Below are positions 54,118-64,000 of a DNA stretch of 64,000 bases, in pieces; the stretch's first letter is position 1; each line of letters starts with the position of its first letter. Both the position numbers and the translations under genes were made by a program. Location of the stretch: assembly GCA_963845245.1 (NCBI GenBank), contig CAWJRJ010000024.1, forward strand, positions 1-64,000, in the 5' to 3' direction. The stretch comes from Nitrospirota bacterium. Its GTDB lineage: Bacteria > Nitrospirota > JACRHJ01. The notes beneath the pieces were generated by a model. That model was given only the letters and a program-made list of their open reading frames with translations, did no database searches and had not been told where the DNA came from.

Positions 54118-55073
54118 ATGGGACGACCCTTAGATAATATATCAATAAGCGGTTTTAAATCTATCCACTCGTTGGAAGATTTTGATTTAAAAAAACTAAA
54201 TATTTTAATCGGGGCAAATGGCGCTGGAAAAGCAATTTTGTTAATTTTTTCAGAATGCTCCGCGCTATGTCTGAAGAAGGACTCGCAAAGTTTGTGACAG
54301 AAAATGGTGGCGCGATGGTTTTTTATTTGGTGGGCCAAAAGAAACCTTACAAATTGATGCTCATTTGAAATTCGGTGATAATGAATATAAATTTAGTCTC
54401 TCACCAACTGCAACAGGCAATTGATGGTGAAGCAAGAAAGTACCTTGTATACTGATGGTGGTACATGGAATTATCACGCAGGTGGCAATTTCGAGTCGCA
54501 ACTTAAAAGCTGGAAGGGCAAGGAATCTAAATATGGACCGTACCGGGGTGTGGAATCATATGTCCACGAATCTGTTTCTAGCTGGCTAGTCTATCATTTC
54601 CATGACACAAGCAGCACCTCTCCTATGCGTCGTGATCATTCTGTGCGCGATTGGAGAGAATTAAATCCGGATGCTTCAAACATAGGCGCTTTTCTCTATC
54701 GGTTAAAAGAGAAACACGAAGAACAATATAAAATAATTCTCGAAACTATTCAGCTCGTAGCTCCGTTCATCGATGATTTTCTTATTGAGCCAGAACAAAA
54801 AGGTGAAAGTGAGGTTGTCCGACTTGAATGGCTACAAAAGGGGTCTTCCTACCCGTTTCAACCCTGGCAATTATCGGATGGAACCATACGGTTTATTTGC
54901 CTGACAACTGCTTTATTACAACCTAATCCACCATCTACTATTGTTATTGACGAACCAGAACTTGGTCTTCATCCTTTTGCACTTGACGTCTTGGCAGGTT
55001 TATTTCGAGATGCTTCGGAGCGTACACAACTTATTGTCTCTACTCAGTCAGCAGCTTTGTTGAATCATTTTGC
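54118..55073 (+). pseudogene. ABC/AAA_21-type ATPase (COG4637-like), 3' truncated
   Basis: ISISGFKSI, LNILIGANGAGKS, LSDGTIRF, IDEPELGLHP, STQS..LLNHF, then abrupt switch to unrelated sequence. Confidence 0.75.
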
Positions 55074-55157
55074 CCTCTTGAACTGCTCAATACTTCGGCA
55101 GGGGTACAGATGTTACTGGAGGAGTTGGGCAGGATTGAGCACGGGATATTTGCCTGA
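55074..55157 (+). pseudogene. C-terminal fragment of an Xre/MbcA/ParS-type antitoxin
   Basis: Manual translation PLELLNTSAGVQMLLEELGRIEHGIFA*. Confidence 0.65.
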
Positions 55158-55161
55158 TACT

Positions 55162-55233
55162 CCGCTTCAGGCCATACGGGAAGGGCTGGAATTATATTTT
55201 AAACCCGATGAACCCGGAGTACAGACGGATTAA
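55162..55233 (+). pseudogene. Possible HicB-like antitoxin C-terminal fragment
   Basis: LQAIREGLELYFKPDEP resembles the HicB helix IxEAIELYLE; very short. Confidence 0.4.
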
Positions 55234-55293
55234 AATTATCGGTTAGGAGCAGTTTCGTCTTGTAAAACGGTTGTTGAAGTAATAGCCAGGCGT

Positions 55294-55656
55294 ATGAATA
55301 GCAATTTAACCTTACTGGTTAGCGACATGAAGAGATTTATTTCTTATATACAACTTCATGAACTTGAGAGTCTTCTTTTTGCAGGTCCCGATGAGATGGC
55401 GCAAGTTTTTGGGAAACCTACACTAGCCCCAAAATTCAAAAAAATAGTAACAGATTGCGGCGGATGCGAAAACATTAACGACCGTCCCGAAACTGCCCCT
55501 TCAAAACGCATTCAACATTTAGTCTCAGAATATAAAAAAGGAAGCGGAGTTAATGCCCACGCCTACAGAATTGCACAGCATATAGGCATGGAGAAAATAC
55601 GCCAGGAATGTCCCAATTTTAATAGATGGTTTTCAAAACTTGAGCAACTAGGATGA
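55294..55656 (+). pseudogene. DUF4276-family protein, C-terminal half only
   Basis: RFISYIQLHELESLLF...ENIND.PETAPSKRI...IRQECPNFNRW. Confidence 0.75.
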
Positions 55657-55720
55657 ACTTAATATTCCAATCTACAAAAATATAAGAGTAGGTCACCTCT
55701 ATATTCCGGCCTTATGAAGT

Positions 55721-56697
55721 TTGAATGATGGGAGTTATCTTATGACTGAAGAAAAGGTAGATATACTATTATCACAAGCGTCTAAGCATAACGACTTTTA
55801 TAGGCAAGAAAACAAAGCAATACTTTTTGAAAATCGAGTAGTTGCTTCATTATTAGCATTAAGAGCTACATTGCCTATTGAGCAAATTGAAATTTTTGAA
55901 GAACAACTATTAAAGCATGTAAACCCTACTAGCGAATCTTTAAGCCATATTTTTTTCTATTTTTTAAATTCGAATCGACAAGTTAAGGGGACTAGAGCAT
56001 TACTTGATAACATAAAAGATACGCCTTCGTATAATAAATTTATAATAAATTGAAATTCGGCCTTAGCACATCAACCTGAATATTTTGATGAACAAAGCTT
56101 AAAGGAAATAAAGGGCAATTTATTAGACTTCCCTAAACATGAAAGCTTGTATGTATATCCAGCCTATATTGACCGAATTGTGGATAAAATTTATAGCATA
56201 CTTTTCGAGCGAGTTTCGTCTGAATTACTTGAAAATTTTTCATTAGAATTAAATGCTGACAAAGAAAAGGTAATCGATAAGCTAAATGTCTTTGGTTTTA
56301 ATCCAAAACTGGCAGAATCACTTGGAGAAATTGAAAAATCATTCACTGTCGCTAAATCAGAATTTGATTATAAAAATTGTATGGATTTAGTAAGAAGTTT
56401 CCAAGAAGCATTAAATGCTGCGTTATTAAAAAAAGTAGAAGAAAAATGCAATATATCTTTTGAAGGTGCAATCACAAAAGATGTTGATGTTAGAAATTAT
56501 TTCAGAAAAAAAGAGGTCAATTTTTTAGCAGAAAAAGAACATAGATTTCTTGAATCAGTGTACAGTTTTGCATCTCATTTTGGGTCTCATAGACTAACAG
56601 CAGGAAAAAAGAATATGCAAGAATTAGCAAAAACATCCTAATTGAACTGGCTTTGTTTTTGTTATTACGATTAGAAGTTTATTTACAGGAGCCCTAG
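55721..56697 (+). CDS. AT-rich hypothetical helical protein (frameshifted), possibly Abi_C-like C-terminus
   Basis: ORFs 55721-56053 and 56147-56641 plus tail ...GSHRL.AGKEYARISKNILIEL...QEP*. Confidence 0.5.
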
Positions 56698-56760
56698 GTA
56701 AATGCCTCAACAACGGCCAGCCCTACATTAAGGTAATCGGGTGGTAAAGTTAAAGGTGAC

Positions 56761-57727
56761 ATGAACCTCATCGACCTCCATACCCACGGCCTGTTCGGCC
56801 GGGACAGCCGCTCCAAGGACCCGGCGGAGTACCTGAAGCTTGCCGAAGCATACAAGCTCCGTGGCACCGACGCTTTCCTTCCGACGCTGTTCCCCGGCCC
56901 GCTCGCCGATATGCGCGCGCAGCTTGCGGCCATAAAGGCGGCCATGGACATGCAGGGCGCACACCGCCTTGAGGCATGGGACAAAAGACGGCACGGGTGA
57001 CGAAGGCTACACCGACGCGCTGATATTGGGCGCGAACGTCGAAGGGCCGTTCGTGAACCCGGCCAAATGCGGCGGGCTGGACAGGGGCGGTTTCCTGGAG
57101 CCGACGCCTCGACAACCTCTCAAGGCTCGTGGAAGGCTTCGAGGGCATTATAAAGATAACGACTGTCGCCCCGGAGCTTCCCGGCGCGCTGAAGGTAATA
57201 GAGCGGCTCACCGAAATGGGCGTCACGGGTGAACATGGGCCACTCGTCGGCCACCTTCGAGCAGGCAAAGGCAGGCAGGGATGCGGGGCGGCGGCGTGAC
57301 CCACCTTTTTAACGCGATGTCCCCGATTCACCACAGGGAGCCGGGGCTTGCGGGCTACGCGCTCGTGGAAGACAGGCTTTATGTGGAGGTCATAGCGGAC
57401 ATGGCCCACATCCACCCCGAGGTCCTGAGGCTGATACTGCGGTGCAAGCCGCCGGAGCGGGTGCTGCTGGTTTCCGATTCCCTTGCAGGCGCCAAGACGG
57501 ACGGCGTGCCTGAGAACGGCCCGCTTTACATGCCGGATGGAGCTACCCTTGCCGGAAGCGGGATAACGCTCGGCGATGCGGTCAAAAACATCGAATCCCT
57601 TGGCGTCCCGTTGGAAACTGCAACACTTTTTGCCTCGACCAACCCCCGGCGCTTCCTTGAAGGGGCACATGAAAAGAATTTGACAAATACATATTTTGGA
57701 TTTACAATTTTTCAGCATTTCATGTAA
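56761..57727 (+). CDS. nagA: N-acetylglucosamine-6-phosphate deacetylase; several apparent frameshifts
   Basis: IDLHTHG, FLPTL, G.NVEGPF, TVAPE, MGHS, THLFNAM...HREPG, IAD.AHIHP, LVSD, TLAGS. Confidence 0.9.
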
Positions 57728-57760
57728 TAAGCCAATCCTAATGACACAAAAACCACCTCT

Positions 57761-58906
57761 ATGAAGATACATACACTTAAAAAAGGGCCTATCGAGAAGT
57801 TCCTCCGGAGGATGAAGAGCAAGGGCTCCAGGGCTTCAGGTCCACAGATCGACGAGGTCCTGCGGGATATCCTCGTGAAGGCCAACGAGTTCGTGCCGTC
57901 CGAAGCAGGTTCGATCCTCCTCGACGAGCCACACAGAAAATCAGAGAACATACACGACCCCAAACGCAACCTTCTCCACTTCGTCGCCTGTTTCGGGCCC
58001 GACTCCGAGAGGATATTGGGCACGGCCCTGCCTGTTACCTCGGGCATCGAAGGCAAGACCTACCTGGCAGGTTCACCATACATAAGCACGGACGTCCTGG
58101 CAGATGCAAGCTTTAACAAAGAGGTAGACGACCGGCTGAACCGCAACACAAAGTCGATCCTCTGCGCGCCTATCGTGCTGGGTAAGTCCATATGCGGCGT
58201 GATAGAGCTTATAAACCGAAAGGGCAGGATCAATTATACAAAGGATGAGCTGAAACTGCTGGAGATCTTCGCAGGCTACACATCAACCTTGATCCAGAAT
58301 GCCCTTGACGCGAACCGCAACGAGGAACTCACCAGAAGAGACGACCTCACCGGCCTATACAACGACCGCTACTTTCACCAGCAGCTATCCGAAGAGATCC
58401 GCAGGACAAAAAAGACTCGCAAGGACATCACGCTCCTGTTCCTTGACCTCGACAACTTCAAGCAGATAAACGACACTTACGGCCACCTGGCCGGGAGCCG
58501 CACCCTTGCCGAGGTCGGCGCACTTCTTAAGGACACCCTCAAGGGCGAAAATGCCGGTATTGTGCGTTACGGCGGGGACGAGTTTGCGGTGATACTGCCA
58601 GGTAAGGCGCGGGTTGATGCGGTAGTCGTCGCCGAGAGGGTTCGGAAGGCAATGGAGGCGGCGGTCTTCCTTAAGCACAAAAGCAAGCGAGGAGAGCAGG
58701 CCTACAATATTGCAGGGGTTATCACATGCAGCATCGGCATAGCCTCATTCTTCGAGGACGGTCTGGAATGCGGCAGCAGCCTTGAGGAAGAAAAGATATC
58801 CTTCATAAGGTGCGCCGACAGGGCCATGTACGTCGCCAAGGAGAAGGGCAAGAACTTCATCTGCATGGGTGAGAAACCCGAGATGAGCTACCTTTCATCA
58901 ATGTAA
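57761..58906 (+). CDS. GAF-GGDEF diguanylate cyclase
   Basis: GAF; DDLTGLYN, DLDNFKQINDTYGH, RYGGDEF; no RxxD I-site. Confidence 0.93.
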   Translation: MKIHTLKKGPIEKFLRRMKSKGSRASGPQIDEVLRDILVKANEFVPSEAGSILLDEPHRKSENIHDPKRNLLHFVACFGPDSERILGTALPVTSGIEGKTYLAGSPYISTDVLADASFNKEVDDRLNRNTKSILCAPIVLGKSICGVIELINRKGRINYTKDELKLLEIFAGYTSTLIQNALDANRNEELTRRDDLTGLYNDRYFHQQLSEEIRRTKKTRKDITLLFLDLDNFKQINDTYGHLAGSRTLAEVGALLKDTLKGENAGIVRYGGDEFAVILPGKARVDAVVVAERVRKAMEAAVFLKHKSKRGEQAYNIAGVITCSIGIASFFEDGLECGSSLEEEKISFIRCADRAMYVAKEKGKNFICMGEKPEMSYLSSM

Positions 58907-58930
58907 AAAAGGGGCCTTTCGGCCCCTTTC
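58905..58930. terminator. Bidirectional intrinsic terminator
   Basis: AAAGGGGCC-TTTC-GGCCCCTTT between convergent genes. Confidence 0.8.
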
Positions 58931-58948
58931 CAAATTCATTTTTCCCAG

Positions 58949-59938
58949 CTAGTATTTAGTATACGGCAGTTGCGGGTACTGGACTACCGGCAGCTCGCCG
59001 TTCAGGCTCTTCAAAAAGGCCACCAGCGACTGTACCTCCTCCGCACTCAAATCCATATTAAGCGCCTCTTTCCCCATGACCGTTACCGCCTGGTCAAGTG
59101 TGTTCACCGAACCGTTGTTGAAATACGGTGCGGTCAGCTCGATGTTCCTGAGCGTGGGTGTCCTGAATGAGAACTTGTCGCTGTCCTCCTTCGTGACATT
59201 GAACCGCCCTTCGTCAACAGACCCGGGTACCTTTATCCTGTGGAACCCGCTGTCGGTAAGCGCCGGGCCGTTGTGGCAGGCGATGCAGCCCTTGGCCTGG
59301 AAGAGGTCGAAGCCCTTTACCGCCTGTGCACTCATCGCGTTCTTGTCGCCCGCAAGGTAGCGGTCGTAGGGCGAGTTGGGCGTGATAAGTGTGCGCTCGA
59401 AGGCCGCGATGGCCTTTGCGATGTTCGTGGGGTTTATCGGGTCGTCCCCGCCGAAGACGCGGGAGAACATGGCTACATACTCCGGCACCTTCTTGAGGTT
59501 TACCACCGCCTGTGCCAGCGTCTGCTTCATCTCCACCTCGGCCTGTATCGGCCCGAGCGCCTGGTCCTCAAGGGTCTTCGCCCTGCCGTCCCAGAACTGC
59601 ACCCCGATAAAAGCGGCATTAAGGACTGTGGGCGTGTTCCTTGGCCCCTCGCTCATGGCATGGCCGAAGGCCTTTGGGAGCCTGTCCGTGAACCCGAGTA
59701 CCGGGTTGTGGCAGGTGGCGCAGCTTATCCAGTTCGAGCCGGACAGCCTCGGGTCGAAGAACAGCATCTTTCCGAGTTCTATTTTCTCCGCGGTCATCGT
59801 GTTGTCCGCCGGTATCGGCGGCAGCGCCGGAAGCGGCTCGACGAGGGCAGCCTGCGCCAGGGGAGCAATGTTAAATAACAGAGCGAATAAAAAAGCGGTG
59901 ATAGTATTCTTGGTGATAACTTTCATACATCCCTCCAT
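58949..59938 (-). CDS. Dihaem cytochrome c peroxidase
   Basis: Signal peptide, LFFDPRLS, CATCH, QFWDGRA, CIACH, PTLRNIELTAPY. Confidence 0.93.
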   Translation of the reverse strand: MEGCMKVITKNTITAFLFALLFNIAPLAQAALVEPLPALPPIPADNTMTAEKIELGKMLFFDPRLSGSNWISCATCHNPVLGFTDRLPKAFGHAMSEGPRNTPTVLNAAFIGVQFWDGRAKTLEDQALGPIQAEVEMKQTLAQAVVNLKKVPEYVAMFSRVFGGDDPINPTNIAKAIAAFERTLITPNSPYDRYLAGDKNAMSAQAVKGFDLFQAKGCIACHNGPALTDSGFHRIKVPGSVDEGRFNVTKEDSDKFSFRTPTLRNIELTAPYFNNGSVNTLDQAVTVMGKEALNMDLSAEEVQSLVAFLKSLNGELPVVQYPQLPYTKY

Positions 59939-59946
59939 TATGGTAA

Positions 59947-60837
59947 TTAGAGTCCCGGCTGCCTCGCCACCAGTATCCCGCAGTCCGTGTGCCTTACAAC
60001 CCTGAGAGATACACTTCCCAGAAGTACGCCCTTTATCCCTTTCAGGCCTTTAGACCCCATAACAACAAGGTCGGCCTGCATATCTTCTACCTCTTTGAGT
60101 ATCTCCGACTCCGGCACCCCAAAAACAACCTTCTGGCTTACCTCCATGAACCTGCTCCTCAACTCAGCCGCCTCATCCCCGACTATGCTCTCAGCTGTCT
60201 TTCGGTTGTGTTCCCTGAGTTCCACCATCATCTGGGCCAATTCTTCATCAGGGTAATACTTCTCCGGAAGGCTTGTCATCTCCATGTCCACCACCGATAG
60301 CACTTTAACCTCGGTATCCCGTACGTCAAAAGGCAGCCCCATGAGCATCTCCCTGGCGTACATGGACGCCTGGGACCCGTTAGTGCAATAAAGGATACGC
60401 ATCGGCCTTTCAGATGGCGGTAGTTCCCGCACAACGAGTACCGAAAAATGACCATGGCGCAAGACCTGGCTTGCCACACTCCCCATCAGGAATGATTCGA
60501 TACCGGTCATACCCCTGTGGCCCATAACGACCAGGTCAGCTTTGACCTCTTCCGCGCCCTCGATTATTTCACGCCAGGGTTCCCCTTCCCGGACTAGGGT
60601 GTGCGCCCTTATCCCGGCATCAGCAAAGTCCCACTTGAACTCGTCCACCATAGCCTGGGCGGCTTTTTTCCCCGCCTTCATGAAGTCTCTTGCCGGGTCA
60701 ATGGAGTCCGGTATAAGATAGTCCTTCAACGCATGAAGTATAAAAACCTCGGAATCCGCACCAAAGGGCAACCGCCTCAGATATTTTGCCGCAGTCACAG
60801 AATATTCCGAGCCGTCCGTAGCTAGAAGTATCCGCAT
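59947..60837 (-). CDS. Tandem-domain universal stress protein
   Basis: ILLATDGS; two DLVVMG..G...LGSV motifs. Confidence 0.92.
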   Translation of the reverse strand: MRILLATDGSEYSVTAAKYLRRLPFGADSEVFILHALKDYLIPDSIDPARDFMKAGKKAAQAMVDEFKWDFADAGIRAHTLVREGEPWREIIEGAEEVKADLVVMGHRGMTGIESFLMGSVASQVLRHGHFSVLVVRELPPSERPMRILYCTNGSQASMYAREMLMGLPFDVRDTEVKVLSVVDMEMTSLPEKYYPDEELAQMMVELREHNRKTAESIVGDEAAELRSRFMEVSQKVVFGVPESEILKEVEDMQADLVVMGSKGLKGIKGVLLGSVSLRVVRHTDCGILVARQPGL

Positions 60838-60850
60838 AGCTTTCCTCCCC

Positions 60851-61297
60851 CTATAGATAAGGCTGAAGCCTCCGGAAAAGCTCTTCCTTAGGCATTGCAC
60901 CGACAAACCTCGCCGCCTCCCTGCCACCTTTCATCAATATGAAAGCGGGAGTACCTCTCACATCAAAGAGAGAGGGTGTACGCTGATTCTTCGAGACATC
61001 CACCATGGCCACCTTCAACTTGCCGCCGAGCTCACGGGCCAACTCATCAACCGCCGGCATCATCCTGACACAATGGCCGCAGGTTGGAGACCAGAACTCG
61101 ACCAGTACAGGCCCACCATGGGACCTGACCTCCGCCTCAAAATCGGAATCACTAACATTCATTGGCACCTGAGGAGCCGCCGGTACGATAAAATCCGCCC
61201 CGCACTGCCCGCAACGGCCTTTCATACCTTCCTTGCCGGACGGGGCGCGGTTCAAGGTCCCGCAGGCAGCGCAGCGTACCATGATCATCCCTGACAT
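60851..61297 (-). CDS. trxC: Thioredoxin 2-like (zinc finger + Trx)
   Basis: CAAC...CGQC zinc finger; FWSPTCGHC active site. Confidence 0.85.
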   Translation of the reverse strand: MSGMIMVRCAACGTLNRAPSGKEGMKGRCGQCGADFIVPAAPQVPMNVSDSDFEAEVRSHGGPVLVEFWSPTCGHCVRMMPAVDELARELGGKLKVAMVDVSKNQRTPSLFDVRGTPAFILMKGGREAARFVGAMPKEELFRRLQPYL

Positions 61298-61436
61298 ACT
61301 GTCTCCTATCGGTAAAGTCCCGGCAACATCACTAATTATTATAACAAAAAATCTTACGTCACGCTCCCGATTGACTGAGCTTCGGCAATATTATAGAATA
61401 AGCGGTAAGGTAACGGTTTCTGGGGAGGTGGTATTG

Positions 61437-62540
61437 ATGGGAAACGGCGCCACGAATAACAAATTTACCTGGTCAACCCTGCATGAATGCGACAGGCATG
61501 TTCGGGAGATGCTCGACAATGTACATCTTATTGCGGTAATGTTAGACCTTTCGGGCAATGTAATCTACTGCAACAACTTCCTCTGCGAACTTACCGGGTG
61601 GAGCAAAGAGGAACTTCTTGGCCGGAACTGGTTTGATACCTGCCTGCCGGATACCGTCAAGGATGCAGTCAAGGCATATTTTCTGGATTCACTAAAGGCC
61701 GGACAGATCAACCCTCATTATGAGAATGAGATAGTAACAAAGGCCGGGGGAAAGAAAACAATCCTTTGGAGTAATTCGGTTTTAAGAGGGGACGATGGCG
61801 AATGCATGGGCACGACCAGTATTGGTGAAGATATTACCCTGCGGGTACGGGCAGAGGAAGAGCGGGCCGCAATGTTACATATGCTCACTCACGACATCAA
61901 GGGCCCGCTTTCCGTTATATACGGCTACGGCGAGATGTCTTCAAAGGTGAGTCCTGAAGATTCAGCCAGGATAATGGCCGATATCCAGAAGGCAGGCAGA
62001 CGCATCTATGCGATCATAGACGACATCCTCTCGCTTTCGAGGCTGGAATCAGACGAACCGCACCTTTTGATAAGGCCTGTGTCTCTTCCTGAACTGGTGG
62101 AGCAGGCTGTAAAAGAGAACGAGGCAGGCGCTACCGAGAGGGGATTATCGATAACAGTGGAGAACACAGGCGCTCTGCCAAGGATATATGCCGACCCGGA
62201 CCAGATTGGGCGGGCAATCGGCAACCTTGTGGCAAACGCCATCAACTATAACAAGAAAGGCGGACATATCCGGGTCACGACCGGCATTGCAGCGGGGCAG
62301 GCCAACAGGGTATTCATAGAGGTCTCCGATGACGGTGACGGGATACCCGACGAAGACATACCGCACATCTTCGAAAAGTACTACCGGGGCAAAAGGTCCT
62401 CAAAAAAACGCGGGACCGGGCTTGGGCTTGCCATAGTAAAGGCGGCGGCGGACGCGCACAGTGGTTCGGTCAGCCTTAAGAGCAAGGCAGGCGAAGGCTC
62501 TACGTTTACCATAACCCTGCCTGTAAAGCCGGGCATGTAA
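61437..62540 (+). CDS. Cytoplasmic PAS histidine kinase
   Basis: PAS/PAC, THDIKGPL, NLVANAINY, DDGDGI, GTGLGL; GGGGAGG RBS. Confidence 0.92.
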   Translation: MGNGATNNKFTWSTLHECDRHVREMLDNVHLIAVMLDLSGNVIYCNNFLCELTGWSKEELLGRNWFDTCLPDTVKDAVKAYFLDSLKAGQINPHYENEIVTKAGGKKTILWSNSVLRGDDGECMGTTSIGEDITLRVRAEEERAAMLHMLTHDIKGPLSVIYGYGEMSSKVSPEDSARIMADIQKAGRRIYAIIDDILSLSRLESDEPHLLIRPVSLPELVEQAVKENEAGATERGLSITVENTGALPRIYADPDQIGRAIGNLVANAINYNKKGGHIRVTTGIAAGQANRVFIEVSDDGDGIPDEDIPHIFEKYYRGKRSSKKRGTGLGLAIVKAAADAHSGSVSLKSKAGEGSTFTITLPVKPGM

Positions 62541-62543
62541 GGG

Positions 62544-63059
62544 TCATAAAAGAAACGCGCCTGCAGCGCCAGAGCCAAGTATAACGATCGTCGGGTCTAT
62601 CTTTGTAAACGACATGAGTGCGAAGCAGCCGACCGCAATGGATGCCGTAGTCGGATCTACCAGGGACGTCCCGCCAAGCTTTATCGCCACAGCCGCAAGC
62701 AGTCCCACCACGGCGGGCTTTATTCCTTTGAATACCGATTCCACAACCCGAGAGCCTTTGAACTTCAGGTAATACTTGGTCACGAACGTAACCACCAGGA
62801 TAGATGGCAGGTAGCTGCCGACGGTAGCCGTCACCGCCCCCGGGAAACCAAGCACCTTGTATCCTATAAACGCGTTCATTATTGTAAGCGGGCCGGGAGT
62901 TACCTGCCCCATTGCCACCGCATCCAGAAATTCCTTGTTGGTAAGCCAGTGGAATTTAGTTACAAAGAAGTCGTGCAGTAACGGCAGCATCACGTACCCG
63001 CCGCCTATGGTAAAGAGGTTTACCACGAAAAGGACGCCGAACAATTGCAGGAGCATCAT
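62544..63059 (-). CDS. chrA: Short-chain chromate transporter subunit
   Basis: FTIGGGY, QVTPGP, KGIKPAVVGL. Confidence 0.9.
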   Translation of the reverse strand: MMLLQLFGVLFVVNLFTIGGGYVMLPLLHDFFVTKFHWLTNKEFLDAVAMGQVTPGPLTIMNAFIGYKVLGFPGAVTATVGSYLPSILVVTFVTKYYLKFKGSRVVESVFKGIKPAVVGLLAAVAIKLGGTSLVDPTTASIAVGCFALMSFTKIDPTIVILGSGAAGAFLL

Positions 63060-63590
63060 TTAGACCTCCCGTAAAGCATGTATCCGGCACCGCCTGACAA
63101 CGCTATACAGGGCTATCGGGTTGGCATTAAGGAAATGGAGCAGGACGAAACTGACCGCTGCAAAGAGTGCTGCGGCTCTGCTTCTTATAAGCTGTCTTCC
63201 CATTTTAAAGATCACAGAGGCCAGAAGGCCTACAACGGCAGCGCCTATACCCTTCAATATGGCTGCGAATACCGGGATATCTTTGAATTCTTTATATACA
63301 TAGGCCAGGACCAGCACGAGGATAAAACCGGGTAGCACCTGTCCAGCCGTTGCCGCCAAAGCCCCTTTTGGACCTTTCAGGTGATAGCCGACATAGATTC
63401 CAGTATTTATAATCGGCGGGCCCGGGGTCATCTGGCCTATTGCCACGCCTTCGGTAAACTCCTCCTGGTTCAGCCATTTCCTTTTGTCAACCAACTCACG
63501 TTGGAAGAAGGACAACATCGAATAGACGCCTCCGAAGGCGAATGCGCCCATTTTCAGGAATACCAGGAATATCTTCCTGTTGTCAGGCAT
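63060..63590 (-). CDS. chrA: Short-chain chromate transporter subunit
   Basis: FLKMGAFAFGG, QMTPGP; paired with the adjacent subunit. Confidence 0.9.
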   Translation of the reverse strand: MPDNRKIFLVFLKMGAFAFGGVYSMLSFFQRELVDKRKWLNQEEFTEGVAIGQMTPGPPIINTGIYVGYHLKGPKGALAATAGQVLPGFILVLVLAYVYKEFKDIPVFAAILKGIGAAVVGLLASVIFKMGRQLIRSRAAALFAAVSFVLLHFLNANPIALYSVVRRCRIHALREV

Positions 63591-64000
63591 TATTGCCCTC
63601 CTCCAGCGTCTTCCTCAAAAAACCGCCCTTCTCCCTCAATAACGCCTCGGCTTCCTTGCGGGTCAGGTTCCTTGCCCGCATAAGTACCGCCGTTTTTGTC
63701 TTGAAGCCGGACTCCTTTAGCGATTCAAGCGCCTCCGCCGCCGTACAGCCTGTCACCTCCGCGATGATGCCCGCCGCCCTCTTAACGAGCTTATTGTTGG
63801 TCGGCTTCACATCCACCATCAGGCCGCCATAGACCTTGCCGAGCTTTATGAATGCAGCGGTGGTTATACGGTTCAATACGAGCTTCGTGGCCGTCCCCGC
63901 CGCAAGCCGTGACGAGCCCCTGATTACCTCTACCCCGGTATCAAGCGCAATGACCTTGAAATTAAGCGCGGCTTCCGGGAGGCCTTTCTTTCCGCTGCAC
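63583..64000 (-). CDS. murQ: N-acetylmuramic acid 6-phosphate etherase (5' part outside window)
   Basis: TGVEVIRGSSRLAAGTATKLVLN, GKVYGGLMVDVKPTNNKL..RA. Confidence 0.93.
   Translation of the reverse strand, partial: CSGKKGLPEAALNFKVIALDTGVEVIRGSSRLAAGTATKLVLNRITTAAFIKLGKVYGGLMVDVKPTNNKLVKRAAGIIAEVTGCTAAEALESLKESGFKTKTAVLMRARNLTRKEAEALLREKGGFLRKTLEEGNNA

Overview
64 kb of a moderately GC-rich diderm bacterial chromosome (lineage not determinable; gene content suggests an anaerobe/microaerophile). More than 20 otherwise intact genes carry single-base indels, many at homopolymers, which points to long-read consensus error rather than real pseudogenes. Left to right: (1) a minus-strand Tad/Flp pilus cluster (flp, 2x tadE, cpaB, rcpA, tadG-like, tadZ, tadA, tadB, tadC) followed by an unannotated 30-aa ORF, DUF192 and five predicted GT-C membrane glycosyltransferases (a tandem triplet of DUF2723/TMEM260-like genes and a pair with a DGDTGWH motif), with a divergent AAA+ ATPase carrying an MshEN-like N-terminus; (2) decayed receiver/PAS genes and tRNA-Leu(CAG); (3) a sigma54/NifA-like nitrogen module without nif genes: porin-like gene, amtB, P-II, APC permease, PP2C-phosphatase/Ser-Thr-kinase fusion and an SMR-like gene, with two -24/-12 promoters that share a non-canonical TTGTA -12 element; (4) an SQR-like flavoprotein, polA with a substituted 3'-5' exonuclease site, an AT-rich TMTC-like gene and accessory genes; (5) peptidoglycan-recycling genes (anmK, nagZ, nagA, murQ, SSS transporter), an intergenic region with DnaA boxes and tandem NrdR-like boxes, an AT-rich islet of broken defence/toxin-antitoxin fragments, and redox/stress genes. 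Best candidates for an undescribed system: the Tad pilus with its glycosyltransferase array and MshEN-ATPase, and the Amt/P-II/APC/kinase-phosphatase module. All family calls are from motif recognition by eye; no database searches were run.
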